The notes beneath the pieces are model-generated. The model searched no databases, was not told where the DNA came from, and saw nothing but the letters and a program-made list of their open reading frames with translations. Both the position numbers and the translations under genes were made by a program. A stretch of DNA of 64,000 bases from Acidimicrobiia bacterium (lineage in GTDB: Bacteria; Actinomycetota; Acidimicrobiia; Spongiisociales; ZC4RG35): positions 15,945-79,944 of the forward strand of contig WFOA01000010.1 of NCBI GenBank assembly GCA_015488325.1, in the 5' to 3' direction. The stretch's first letter is position 1; each line of letters starts with the position of its first letter. Of the stretch, positions 45,697-54,571 are shown in pieces.

Positions 45697-46974
45697 TCAA
45701 TCCTTCCCGAACACCACCCGGAGAACCGCCCCGCCCTCGGGGCGGTTCTCCGCGTCGAGGTGGCCGCCCGTCCGCGCGGCGGTACGGGCCACGATGTCGA
45801 GTCCGAGACCCGTCGACCCGGCCCCGCTCTCCCCCCGGCGCAGGGGATCGACCCCGTCGGGGAACCCGGGTCCCTCATCGGCGACTTCCAGGACGGCACC
45901 ACCGGCGCCTCTATCGACCTTCACCGTGAACCCGGTCCCCGGAGGGGTGTGGGCGAAGACGTTGCCGACGAGGGCGTCGACGGCGGCTGCGACGTCGCCC
46001 GGAGGGAGCGGCACCGGCGTGGGATCGTCGGTGATCTTCACCTCCAGGGCGCGGTCCTGGTCTTCGGCGGCGACCGCCCAGAAGGCGATCCGGTCTCGGA
46101 CCACCGTCCCCAGATCGCAGGAGGCGGGCCGGTCGTCGGGCCTGGACCGGGCCTCTTCGATGAGCAGGTCGACTTGGCGCTGGAGGCGATCGAGCTGGGC
46201 GAGGAGGGACTCCCGCTCGGGGGATGCTTCGAGCCGCTCGACGCGCAAGCGGAGGGCGGTGAGGGGGGTGCGAAGTCGATGGGAGAGGTCGGCGACCGAT
46301 TCCCGCTCGGCGGCGAGGAGGTCGTCCAACCGCCGTGCGAGCCAGTTGAACGACCGGGCGACCTCCTCGATCTCGACCGGACCTTCCAGGGGAACCCGAA
46401 CCTGCAGATCGCCGGCTCCGAGACGGCGGGCGGCCGTCGCCAGGCGAGTGACGGGACGAACGAGGGACGTTCCCAGTCGGTCGGCCACCAGGACGGCAGC
46501 GACGATCATCCCCAACCCGAGCAGCGCCAAGAACACCCAGGCGGTGGCCACACCCGACCGCAACTGGTCGTCGGTGACGAAGGCCGTGACCACGATCGGG
46601 CCTTCCCGGGTCACCACCGGGAGCGCCACCTGCCAGCCCCCGTCGACCTCGTCGGCCACCGCACGTTGCTCATCGGCGGCGAGGCGGGTCACCGCGCTGG
46701 GCAGGGCGGACCCGATCAACCCTCCGTCGGGGAGGATGACGCTCACTCCGGGAGGTAGGGGCCCGAGGAGGTCGGCGAGGACGTCGACGTCGAGGCGGTC
46801 CACCTGGGCGAGGGCGAGGGCGACGAGGCTCCCCACCTCCTGAATGTCCCGTTCAGCGGCGACCCGGGCTCGGGTCTCCGCCTGGTGGCGGACCAACAGG
46901 GCCAGGGGCACGGTGAAGGCGATGACGACCAGGGACGTCACGGCGGCGGAGACGAGGACGAATCGGCGTCTCAC
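45697..46974 (-). CDS. Sensor histidine kinase (two TM segments, HAMP, HisKA, HATPase_c)
   Basis: GTG 46974 (GTGA overlap with the RR stop). H-box ADLSHRLRTPLTAL. G-boxes DEGPGF and GSTGLGL. Confidence 0.9.
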   Translation of the reverse strand: MRRRFVLVSAAVTSLVVIAFTVPLALLVRHQAETRARVAAERDIQEVGSLVALALAQVDRLDVDVLADLLGPLPPGVSVILPDGGLIGSALPSAVTRLAADEQRAVADEVDGGWQVALPVVTREGPIVVTAFVTDDQLRSGVATAWVFLALLGLGMIVAAVLVADRLGTSLVRPVTRLATAARRLGAGDLQVRVPLEGPVEIEEVARSFNWLARRLDDLLAAERESVADLSHRLRTPLTALRLRVERLEASPERESLLAQLDRLQRQVDLLIEEARSRPDDRPASCDLGTVVRDRIAFWAVAAEDQDRALEVKITDDPTPVPLPPGDVAAAVDALVGNVFAHTPPGTGFTVKVDRGAGGAVLEVADEGPGFPDGVDPLRRGESGAGSTGLGLDIVARTAARTGGHLDAENRPEGGAVLRVVFGKD

Positions 46975-47654
46975 GATTCGGGTTCGACCAGCTTCACCCC
47001 CACACCGTGAACGGTCCGCAGGTAGCGGGGCTGCTGCGCAGACTCGCCCAGTTTCTTGCGAAGCCACGACAGGTGCACGTCGACGGACCGCTCACTGCCG
47101 CCGTACGGCTCCCGCCAGACTTCGGCCATCAGCTCCCGCTTCGACACCACTTCGCCTGCACGTTCCGCCAGCACCCGCAACAGGTCGAACTCCTTGGGAC
47201 TGAGGTCCAGGGGTTCACCGTCGAGGGAGGCTTCCCGGGAGGACGGGTCCACCACCAGGCCGCCGATGACGATGGGTCCGTCCCGCCGACCCGACTCGGC
47301 CCGGCGAAGCACCGCCCGCACCCTCGCCTCGAGCTGGGCCACCGAGAAGGGCTTCACGAGGTAGTCGTCGGCGCCGGCGTCGAGGGTACGGACCACCGAC
47401 TCGTCCCCTTCCCGGGCGGTGATGACCACGACGGGCACCTGCGACACCGCTCGGATCATCCGGAGCAGCTCCGAGCCGTCGAGGTCGGGCAGGCCCAGGT
47501 CGAGGATCACCAGATCGGGCGACGATCCGACGACCTGGCGGAGACCCTCCATGGCGGTGGCCGCCGATTCGACGTCGTGACCCTGGCGGGCCAGCGTCTC
47601 GGCGACCAGGTGCCTGATCTCGAAGTCGTCCTCGACGACGATCACACGGGACAT
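46971..47654 (-). CDS. OmpR/PhoB-family response regulator
   Basis: MSRVIVVEDD...DLVILDLGLPDLDG (receiver domain). C-terminal winged helix ...VDVHLSWLRKKL...YLRTVHGVGVKL. Confidence 0.95.
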   Translation of the reverse strand: MSRVIVVEDDFEIRHLVAETLARQGHDVESAATAMEGLRQVVGSSPDLVILDLGLPDLDGSELLRMIRAVSQVPVVVITAREGDESVVRTLDAGADDYLVKPFSVAQLEARVRAVLRRAESGRRDGPIVIGGLVVDPSSREASLDGEPLDLSPKEFDLLRVLAERAGEVVSKRELMAEVWREPYGGSERSVDVHLSWLRKKLGESAQQPRYLRTVHGVGVKLVEPES

Positions 47655-47693
47655 CGGCCCCGAGCATATCGGCCGTGCCACCCCGGAGATCGG

Positions 47694-47723
47694 ACCTTGA
47701 CGAAACCTTGACTACCCCTTGAC
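47694..47723. promoter_or_regulatory. Three direct repeats (ACCTTGAC, ACCTTGAC, CCCTTGAC) with exact 11-bp phasing; candidate OmpR-family RR binding array
   Basis: Repeats start at 47694, 47705 and 47716. They sit in the 103-nt divergent region between the RR gene (start 47654) and the secreted-protein gene (start 47758). Confidence 0.6.
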
Positions 47724-47757
47724 TTCCGAGTGCGCGGATCTCGGGGAGAATGACGGT

Positions 47758-48405
47758 ATGCGCCGGCTCGTACTCGTCGTCGCCTGGATGGGCGCCACCG
47801 TGATCGTCACCGCCACCGCCTGGGCGGTGGTCTCCGCGGTGGAGGACCGGGTCAGCGACCGGCCCCTCACCCCCCTCATCGCCACCACCTTGGCGGTCGA
47901 CGAGACCACGACCACCACCTTGCCTCCGGTGACGGACCCGTCGGCCGAGACCCCGCCGCCGGCGACCGGCGACGAACCGACCACGACCACGGTCGGAGCC
48001 GAGACCGACGACACGGTGGCCTCGACGGGAAACACCGGAGGGGGCACCGTCCCCACCACCGCCGCCCCGACCACCACCACGACCTTGGTGACCACCACGA
48101 CGACCGTCCCGACCACCACCACGACCGTCGCGACCACCACGACCACCTCGACGGAGCCCTCCGGCGAGTGGCAGACGAAGACGATCGTGACGCCGGGAGG
48201 CAGCCTCACCATCAAGCACCGCCCCGACGAAGTCGTCTTGACGTCGACGACTCCGGCCGCCGGCTTCGTGGTCGAGATCAAAAACGCCGGTCCACCCGAA
48301 GTGGATGTCGAGTTCGAGACGAACGACGACACCGTCAAGATCGACGTGCGGGTCCGCTACGAGAACGGCGTCCTCATCGAAGACATCGAAGAGGAGCGAA
48401 GCTGA
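47758..48405 (+). CDS. Secreted/membrane-anchored Thr-rich protein with one copy of the same ~65-aa domain as 44817..45692
   Basis: MRRLVLVVAWMGATVIVTATAWAVV is a signal or anchor. Poly-Thr linker (TTTTTLVTTTTTVPTTTTTVATTTTTS). C-terminal GGSLTIKHRPDEVVLTSTTPAAGFVVEIKNAGPPEVDVEFETNDDTVKIDVRV. Confidence 0.75.
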   Translation: MRRLVLVVAWMGATVIVTATAWAVVSAVEDRVSDRPLTPLIATTLAVDETTTTTLPPVTDPSAETPPPATGDEPTTTTVGAETDDTVASTGNTGGGTVPTTAAPTTTTTLVTTTTTVPTTTTTVATTTTTSTEPSGEWQTKTIVTPGGSLTIKHRPDEVVLTSTTPAAGFVVEIKNAGPPEVDVEFETNDDTVKIDVRVRYENGVLIEDIEEERS

Positions 48406-48408
48406 ACC

Positions 48409-49800
48409 TCAGAGGATGCCACCCTCGGTCATCTTCTTGATGTCGAGGGCGGCGTCGACCTCTTCGGCGCTCATCAGCCCCTTCTCGAGGACCACCTCCC
48501 GCACGGTCCGCCCGCTGGCGAATGCCTCTTTCGCCACGGCGGCTCCGGCGTCGTAGCCGATGTGGGGGTTGAGGGCCGTTACCACGATGACGTTTTTCTC
48601 GACGAGTTCACGGGCCCGTTCTTCGTTCGCCTCGATCCCGGTGACACACTTCTCGGCCAGCACCCGCGACGCGTTGCCGAGGATCGTGATCGCCTGCAAC
48701 AGGTTGTGGGCGATCAACGGCATCATCACGTTGAGCTCGAAGTTGCCGTTGGCTCCCCCCCAGGTGATGGCGGCGTCGTTGCCCATCACCTGCGCCGCCA
48801 CCATCATCACCGCCTCGGGGATGACCGGGTTCACCTTGGCGGGCATGATCGACGAGCCGGGTTGGAGTGCCGGAAGCCGGATCTCGCCGATCCCGGTGAC
48901 CGGACCGCTCGACAGCCAGCGGAGGTCGTTGGCGATCTTGAACAGTGACGTGGCGACGGTCTTGAGGGTGCCGGCCGCCTGCACCGTGGCGTCCTTCGCC
49001 GCCTGCGCCTCGAAGTGGTTCGTGGCTTCCCGGAACGGGATCCCGGTCCGCTCGGAGATGACGTCGATCACCTTCGCGGCGAAGCCTTCCGGACAGTTGA
49101 TCCCGGTCCCTACGGCGGTTCCCCCGAGGGGGAGCTCCTCGAGTTCGGGGAGGACCTTCTCGACCCGTTCGATCCCCTTGCGGACCTGGGTGGCGTAGCC
49201 GGAGAACTCCTGGCCGAGGGTGACCGGCGTGGCGTCCATGAGGTGGGTCCGTCCCGACTTCACGACCCGTTCGAACTCCCGGGACTTCTCCTCCAAGGCG
49301 AGGGCCAGCGCCGACAGTCCCGGGATCAGCACTTCCCGCACCTCGGCGGCGGCGGCGACGTGGATCGCCGTGGGGATCACGTCGTTCGACGACTGACCGA
49401 AGTTGACGTGGTCGTTGGGATGTACGAGTTTGGACCCCAGGGCTCCACCCAGGACCTGCGAAGCGCGGTTGGCGATCACCTCGTTGGCGTTGGTGTTCGT
49501 CGACGTCCCCGATCCGGTCTGGAAGATGTCGACCGGGAAGTGCTCGTCGAAGTCGCCCCTCGCCACTTCGGCGGCGGCCTGCTCGATCGCCTTCGCCTTC
49601 TCGGCGTCGACGTACCCTTCGGGTCCTGCGACGGCGGCCACCGCCCCTTTGATGACGCCGAGGGCCCAGATGAACCGACGGGGGAAACGGATCCCCGAGA
49701 TCGGGAAGTTCTCGATCGCCCGTTGCGTCGAAGCTCCGTAGAGGGCGTCGGCCGGGACCCGGACCTCGCCCATCGAGTCTCTCTCGGTGCGGTACTCCAC
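48409..49800 (-). CDS. fumC: Class II fumarate hydratase
   Basis: [11 protein letters not shown] signature. [19 protein letters not shown]. 463 aa. GTG start with GAAGGAG RBS. Confidence 0.95.
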   Translation of the reverse strand: MEYRTERDSMGEVRVPADALYGASTQRAIENFPISGIRFPRRFIWALGVIKGAVAAVAGPEGYVDAEKAKAIEQAAAEVARGDFDEHFPVDIFQTGSGTSTNTNANEVIANRASQVLGGALGSKLVHPNDHVNFGQSSNDVIPTAIHVAAAAEVREVLIPGLSALALALEEKSREFERVVKSGRTHLMDATPVTLGQEFSGYATQVRKGIERVEKVLPELEELPLGGTAVGTGINCPEGFAAKVIDVISERTGIPFREATNHFEAQAAKDATVQAAGTLKTVATSLFKIANDLRWLSSGPVTGIGEIRLPALQPGSSIMPAKVNPVIPEAVMMVAAQVMGNDAAITWGGANGNFELNVMMPLIAHNLLQAITILGNASRVLAEKCVTGIEANEERARELVEKNVIVVTALNPHIGYDAGAAVAKEAFASGRTVREVVLEKGLMSAEEVDAALDIKKMTEGGIL

Positions 49801-49873
49801 GATGGTGCTCCTTCGTCGACAGCTCCAGCGTACGCCCCGGCCGCCCCGGCCGCGACCGCTGAAAGTCCATCCG

Positions 49874-50674
49874 TCAGAAGTCGAAGGGAGTGTCGGTGAA
49901 GAAGTCCGACGGCCGGCGTTCCGACGGGGTGGGTTCGGGCTGGAGACCGAGACGCTCCCGCAGGCCTTCGTATCCTTCTGCCTCCAGCTCGTCGGCCAGC
50001 TCGGGTCCTCCCGAACACACGATCCTGCCGTCCATCATCACGTGGATCCGGTCGGCCCGCAGGTAGCGGAGGATGCGGGAGTAGTGGGTGATGAGCAGCA
50101 CCCCGAGGTCGGGGCCTCGCATCTCCTCCACGGCGGCCGCCACCTCCCGGACGGCGTCGATGTCGAGTCCGGAGTCGATCTCGTCGAGCAGCGCCGCCTT
50201 CGGACGGAGTACGGCCATCTGGAGGATCTCGGAACGCTTCTTCTCCCCGCCGGAGAGGTCGTCGTTGACCGACCGGTCCAAGAATTCGGTGGCGCCGAGG
50301 CGTTCGGCGAGCTCCCGGGCCCGGGTCAGTGTCGCCTCCGGGTCGGCTCCCCACTCTTCCGCCGCCTCTCGGAGCAGCTCGGACAGTTTCACCCCGGGGA
50401 TCTCCACGGGATACTGGAAGGCCTGCAGGAGCCCCAACCGGGCCCGCTCGTCCACCTCGAGGCCCAACACCTCCGTCCCGTCGAGGAGGGCGGATCCCGA
50501 GACCTCGTAGCCGTCTTTTCCGGTGAGCACATGACAGAGGGTCGACTTGCCCGAACCGTTCGGGCCCATCACGGCGTGGACCTCGCCGAAACCGATGTCG
50601 AGGTCCACGCCACGCAGGATCTCGACGGAACCAACCGAGGCGTGGAGGTCGCGGATCTGGAGGGCGAGGCTCAT
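49874..50674 (-). CDS. sufC: Fe-S cluster assembly ATPase SufC (copy 2, with ~20-aa C-terminal extension)
   Basis: From ATG 50674 (ATGA overlap with the Rieske stop): [10 protein letters not shown]...ILRGVDL....[17 protein letters not shown]...[16 protein letters not shown]...[13 protein letters not shown]. Confidence 0.9.
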   Translation of the reverse strand: MSLALQIRDLHASVGSVEILRGVDLDIGFGEVHAVMGPNGSGKSTLCHVLTGKDGYEVSGSALLDGTEVLGLEVDERARLGLLQAFQYPVEIPGVKLSELLREAAEEWGADPEATLTRARELAERLGATEFLDRSVNDDLSGGEKKRSEILQMAVLRPKAALLDEIDSGLDIDAVREVAAAVEEMRGPDLGVLLITHYSRILRYLRADRIHVMMDGRIVCSGGPELADELEAEGYEGLRERLGLQPEPTPSERRPSDFFTDTPFDF

Positions 50675-50985
50675 GACGGCTCCACGGACAGGTAGACGTC
50701 GCCGTCTTCCACCTTCACCCGGTAGGTGGGCACCGGCCGGGTCGCCGGAAGGGTGAGGGGTTTGCCCGTCTTGAGGTCGAAGACGGCGCCATGGCGGGGA
50801 CATTCGATCTCGTGGTCCACGACCTCTCCTTCGGCGAGGGACGCCTCGGCGTGACTGCATCGATCACCGAGGGCGTAGACGTCGTCTCCGACCCGGACGA
50901 GGGCGATCCGGTGCCCGGGAAGGTCGACCCGCACCGGGGCGCCCGGGACCAGATCGTCCATCGACGTCACCTTCACCCAGCTCAT
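50671..50985 (-). CDS. Rieske [2Fe-2S] ferredoxin-like protein embedded in the suf operon
   Basis: CSHAEASL...CPRHGAVF (CxH...CxxH). 104 aa. ATGA overlaps on both sides. Confidence 0.9.
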   Translation of the reverse strand: MSWVKVTSMDDLVPGAPVRVDLPGHRIALVRVGDDVYALGDRCSHAEASLAEGEVVDHEIECPRHGAVFDLKTGKPLTLPATRPVPTYRVKVEDGDVYLSVEPS

Positions 50986-52247
50986 CCCAACCTCCCTGCG
51001 GCCTGAGCGGCACCGAACCGTTCGTCCACTTCCCGCCGGAGCGGATCGGCCATGGCGTCCGACGGGAGGCGTTCGATGACCTCTTCGAAGAACCCGTGCA
51101 CCAGGAGGCGTTCGGCCCGGTCACGGGAGAGACCCCGGCTCATCAGGTAGTACAGATGTTCGGCGTCGAGGGGCCCGACGCTGGAGCCGTGCCCGCAGAC
51201 CACGTCGTCACAGAGGATCTCGAGGTTGGGGACCGAATGGGCCTTCGCCCCGTCGGAGAGGACCAGGTTGCGGTTGGTCTCGAACGCCGATGTGCGGGCG
51301 GCGGTGGGAGCGATCCGCAACAGACCGGTGAACACCGACTGGGCGTGATCTTCCACCGCGCCTTTGAGGAGGACGTCGGAGCTGGTGGAGCGGCCCACGT
51401 GGTCGATCACCATCCGGTAGTCGAGGACCTGGGTGCCTTCACCGAAGTACAACCCGACGACCTCGGCGGAGCTACCGTCGCCTTCGAGGCGCACCCCGAG
51501 GTCGAGCCGGGCCGTCGACCCCCCGAGGCCCGCCTCCCCGACCCGCAGGGTGGCGTCCCGGGCGAGTCGAGCCCGCTCGTGGGCGACGAGGACGGTGGCG
51601 TCGCCGAGGAGCTGGACGGTGGTGAACCGCAGCCGGGCCCCCTGGGCGACGTCGAGTCCGAGCAGCGGAGCGACGACGGCGTCGACGCCGTCGGGGCTGC
51701 GGTAGACGACCACCACGTTCGCCTCGGCGTTCTCACCGACCTCCACCGTCACTTCCGGGAACGAGATCGTGCCGCCGGCGGTGGCTTGGAGTTCGACCAC
51801 CACCGGACGGACCTCGACCGCACCGGCCGGGACGCCGACGAACACCCCGTCGCCGCCGAAGGCGAACCCGGCGGCGGCGAACTTGTCCACCGAGGGGTCG
51901 ACGAGGGATGGGACCGCTCCCCGCTCCCACCGTTCCGCCCCCCGGCCGATTCGCACGGTGTCCCCACCGTCCACCGACACCGTGTACCCGTCCACGACCA
52001 CGACCCGGCCGGCAGCGTCGCCGATCGCCGACACGAAGGGGCCGGGCTTCAGCGGTTGTCCGGGTTCTTCGGGGAGGGCGAGGGTGTCGAAGTCGACGTC
52101 GAGGTCGACGTATCTCCAGGCCTCGTCGGTGTCGGACGGAGGGGGGATCTCGCGGTAGAGGTCGAAGGCTTCGAGTCGCCGCCGAGCGAGGGGCTCGGGG
52201 GCGTCGCGATTCAGGACCTCGACGGTCGTGGCGTTCAGGGCGAGCAC
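50982..52247 (-). CDS. sufD: Fe-S cluster assembly protein SufD
   Basis: 421 aa with beta-helix-type repeats. The C-terminal ...NLEILCDDVVCGHGSSVGPLDAEHLYYLMSRGLSRDRAERLLVHGF is a SufD/SufB family signature. Confidence 0.9.
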   Translation of the reverse strand: MLALNATTVEVLNRDAPEPLARRRLEAFDLYREIPPPSDTDEAWRYVDLDVDFDTLALPEEPGQPLKPGPFVSAIGDAAGRVVVVDGYTVSVDGGDTVRIGRGAERWERGAVPSLVDPSVDKFAAAGFAFGGDGVFVGVPAGAVEVRPVVVELQATAGGTISFPEVTVEVGENAEANVVVVYRSPDGVDAVVAPLLGLDVAQGARLRFTTVQLLGDATVLVAHERARLARDATLRVGEAGLGGSTARLDLGVRLEGDGSSAEVVGLYFGEGTQVLDYRMVIDHVGRSTSSDVLLKGAVEDHAQSVFTGLLRIAPTAARTSAFETNRNLVLSDGAKAHSVPNLEILCDDVVCGHGSSVGPLDAEHLYYLMSRGLSRDRAERLLVHGFFEEVIERLPSDAMADPLRREVDERFGAAQAAGRLG

Positions 52248-52280
52248 GGTCTCTCCGCAGGCAGGGACGGCCCGAATCGT

Positions 52281-52306
52281 ATTCTCACTACCGCCGTATT
52301 GGAAAT
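52281..52306 (-). promoter_or_regulatory. suf-box copy 2: (gene orientation) ATTTCCAA-N10-GTGAGAAT, 33 nt upstream of sufD
   Basis: Read directly from the sequence. It overlaps the last codons and stop of the UDG gene. Confidence 0.55.
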
Positions 52307-52977
52307 TCGTCGAGCAGCGACCGCGCCCGCTCGAACACGGCGTCGAGCATGGCCTCGGTGAGACGCCCTGTGAAGGTGTTCTGCTGGGACGGATGGTAGG
52401 AGGCGAGGAGGGTGGCGGCCCCCACCCGGACCTCGACCCCGTGGCCGAAGCGGGGACGGGGACGGGGGACCTCCCGCCCCAGGTCGCTCAACACCCGCAG
52501 CACCCCCCGGAAGGCGACACCGCCCAGGGCGACGACCACGGAAGGGTCGAGGAGTTCGAGTTCTTCGGCGAGGAACGGGCGACATGCCGCCTCCTCGGCC
52601 CCGACCAGGCGGTTCTGGGGCGGCGCGCAGCGGGCCACGGCGGTGATCCAGCAGTCGGTGAGCACGAGACCGTCGTCACGGCCGACCGACTCCGGCCGGT
52701 CGGCGAACCCGGCCCGGTGCAGCGCCCGGTACAGCCAGTCGCCGGACCGGTCTCCGGTGAACATGCGCCCCGTACGGTTGGCGCCGTGGGCGGCGGGGGC
52801 GAGGCCCACCACCACCATCCGGGCATCCGGGTCTCCGAATCCGGGTACGGGGCGCCCCCAATAGGTCTCGTCCCGGTAAGCCGCCCGTTTGGTCCGAGCG
52901 ACCTCCTCCCGCCACTGCACCAGACGGGGACATCGCCGGCACTCGACGATCTCGGCTTGGAGGTCGGCGAGCCTCAC
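52288..52977 (-). CDS. Uracil-DNA glycosylase, family 4/5 (UdgB-like)
   Basis: ECRRCPRL...VVVGLAPAAHGANRTGRMFTGD.SG..L...HPSQQN. GTG 52977 forms a GTGA overlap with the upstream stop. Confidence 0.85.
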   Translation of the reverse strand: MRLADLQAEIVECRRCPRLVQWREEVARTKRAAYRDETYWGRPVPGFGDPDARMVVVGLAPAAHGANRTGRMFTGDRSGDWLYRALHRAGFADRPESVGRDDGLVLTDCWITAVARCAPPQNRLVGAEEAACRPFLAEELELLDPSVVVALGGVAFRGVLRVLSDLGREVPRPRPRFGHGVEVRVGAATLLASYHPSQQNTFTGRLTEAMLDAVFERARSLLDEFPIRR

Positions 52978-54515
52978 TCCCGACCCGCCGGATCCAGGGC
53001 CTCCACCGTCACGTTCGACAGTGCGTTCCACAGCATCCATCCGAACCCGAACCCTTCGGCGGCGTCGATCTGTGCTCGGACCTGTTGGGGGTCGTAGCCG
53101 AAATCCTGGAGCCAGGGACGGATGACCGTCCCCGAGTCGAGCCGCTCCACGCCGTCGGCGAGGGCCCGGGAGACCACCTCGGCCGGGTAGTCGTTGGGGT
53201 TGTCGAACCCGAACCACCCGCGGCCGTAGTGGCTCGGGTACAGCATCGGGGAGATCACGTCGACGACTTCGGCGACGGCCGGCCAGAGCTGGCCGATCCC
53301 GCCGTCGTCCAGGGCGGTAGTGGTGAACCCGAACACGTCGGCGGCCACCGCGCATCCGAGGGGATGGAGCTGGTCCCGGGCGCGGCCGAGGAACCCGACG
53401 ATGGTCCGTACACGGGTCTGGGGGTCGGATCCCTCGTCGAACACGGTCGACGGCCCGAAGCCGTCCGGATAACGCACGTAGTCGAACTGGATCTCGTCGA
53501 CGCCCCGGGTACAGGCCTCCCGGGCGATCTGGAGTGCGTAGTCCTGGGCGGCGGGATCGGTGGGGTCGAGGAACCACTGCCCGCCCTTGCGGTACGGGGC
53601 CCCCCGGGCCGTGTCCCACACCGCCATCTCCGGGGCACGGCGGGCGGCGATGGGATCCTGGAAGGTGACGATCCTGGCCACCACGTAGAGGCCGGCGGCG
53701 TCGGCCTGGCGAACCACCTCGTCCAGCGAGTACGGCTCCGCGACGATGGTCCCGAGCCGCAGCGCCGTGGCGACGTTCGAGTCGTACCAGATGAGGCCGT
53801 CGTCGTCTTTCAGGTCGATCATCAGAGCGTTGAGCTCGGTCGTCTCCGCCATGCGGAGGTATTCCTGGCGGCGGGATTCGTCGGCGAGGACCTCACCGCC
53901 GATGTGCACGGCCTTCACCACCCGGGGGACCACTTCGATCTGGCGGAACCCGGGGCCTCCGTCCCAGTCGAAGGCGGTGTTCTCCCATGCCGGGCGCCAG
54001 ACGTCCACCGGCCCCGCCTCCGCTCGCCGCAGCAGGAACCGTCCTGTCTCGTCGGTGACCGTCGAAGCACCACCAGCCGTGATCCGTACCGCCCCCACCG
54101 GCCGGCCTTCGGGGTCACGTACCTCGCCCCGGAGCATCCGGGCCTGGACCCGGAAACGCACCGGCCCGTCGGGACGTCGAGGGATCGACATGGTCCGGGG
54201 CAGGTACCCGGGGGCGTCGAAGGTGAGCTGGGTCCCCGGCGGTCGCCACGCGAGCAGCACGGTTCCCTCCGGGTCGGTCACCCCCAGGGAGTCGCCGTCG
54301 GCCAGGACCTCGACACCGACCACCGGGACTCCCTCCTCGTCTACGACCAGCACGGCGACGTCGGCGCTGCCGGCCGCCACCCGCCATCCGGCGAGTGCCG
54401 CCCACAGGAGGGTGACGAAGAGGAGCAGCCGGAGCTGTCTGGGTCGGGACACCGACGTGGAGGATACCGACCGCCCGGGGGTGCGCACCCCGGCGACCAT
54501 CCCAGGATTTTCCAT
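52974..54515 (-). CDS. Secreted putative glycoside hydrolase (DUF4015/COG1306-like TIM-barrel) with N-terminal carboxypeptidase-regulatory-like repeats
   Basis: Signal/anchor LRLLLFVTLLWAALAGW. ...ALMIDLKDDDGLIWYDS...YVVARIVTFQD...WFLDPTDP...GVDEIQFDYVRYP. The start is ambiguous (ATG 54515 or 54500). Confidence 0.7.
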   Translation of the reverse strand: MENPGMVAGVRTPGRSVSSTSVSRPRQLRLLLFVTLLWAALAGWRVAAGSADVAVLVVDEEGVPVVGVEVLADGDSLGVTDPEGTVLLAWRPPGTQLTFDAPGYLPRTMSIPRRPDGPVRFRVQARMLRGEVRDPEGRPVGAVRITAGGASTVTDETGRFLLRRAEAGPVDVWRPAWENTAFDWDGGPGFRQIEVVPRVVKAVHIGGEVLADESRRQEYLRMAETTELNALMIDLKDDDGLIWYDSNVATALRLGTIVAEPYSLDEVVRQADAAGLYVVARIVTFQDPIAARRAPEMAVWDTARGAPYRKGGQWFLDPTDPAAQDYALQIAREACTRGVDEIQFDYVRYPDGFGPSTVFDEGSDPQTRVRTIVGFLGRARDQLHPLGCAVAADVFGFTTTALDDGGIGQLWPAVAEVVDVISPMLYPSHYGRGWFGFDNPNDYPAEVVSRALADGVERLDSGTVIRPWLQDFGYDPQQVRAQIDAAEGFGFGWMLWNALSNVTVEALDPAGRE

Positions 54516-54571
54516 TGTGGTTGTCCGTGGGTGGTGATAGCGTTGCCTTCCAAGGGGACAGAGGTGATGAG

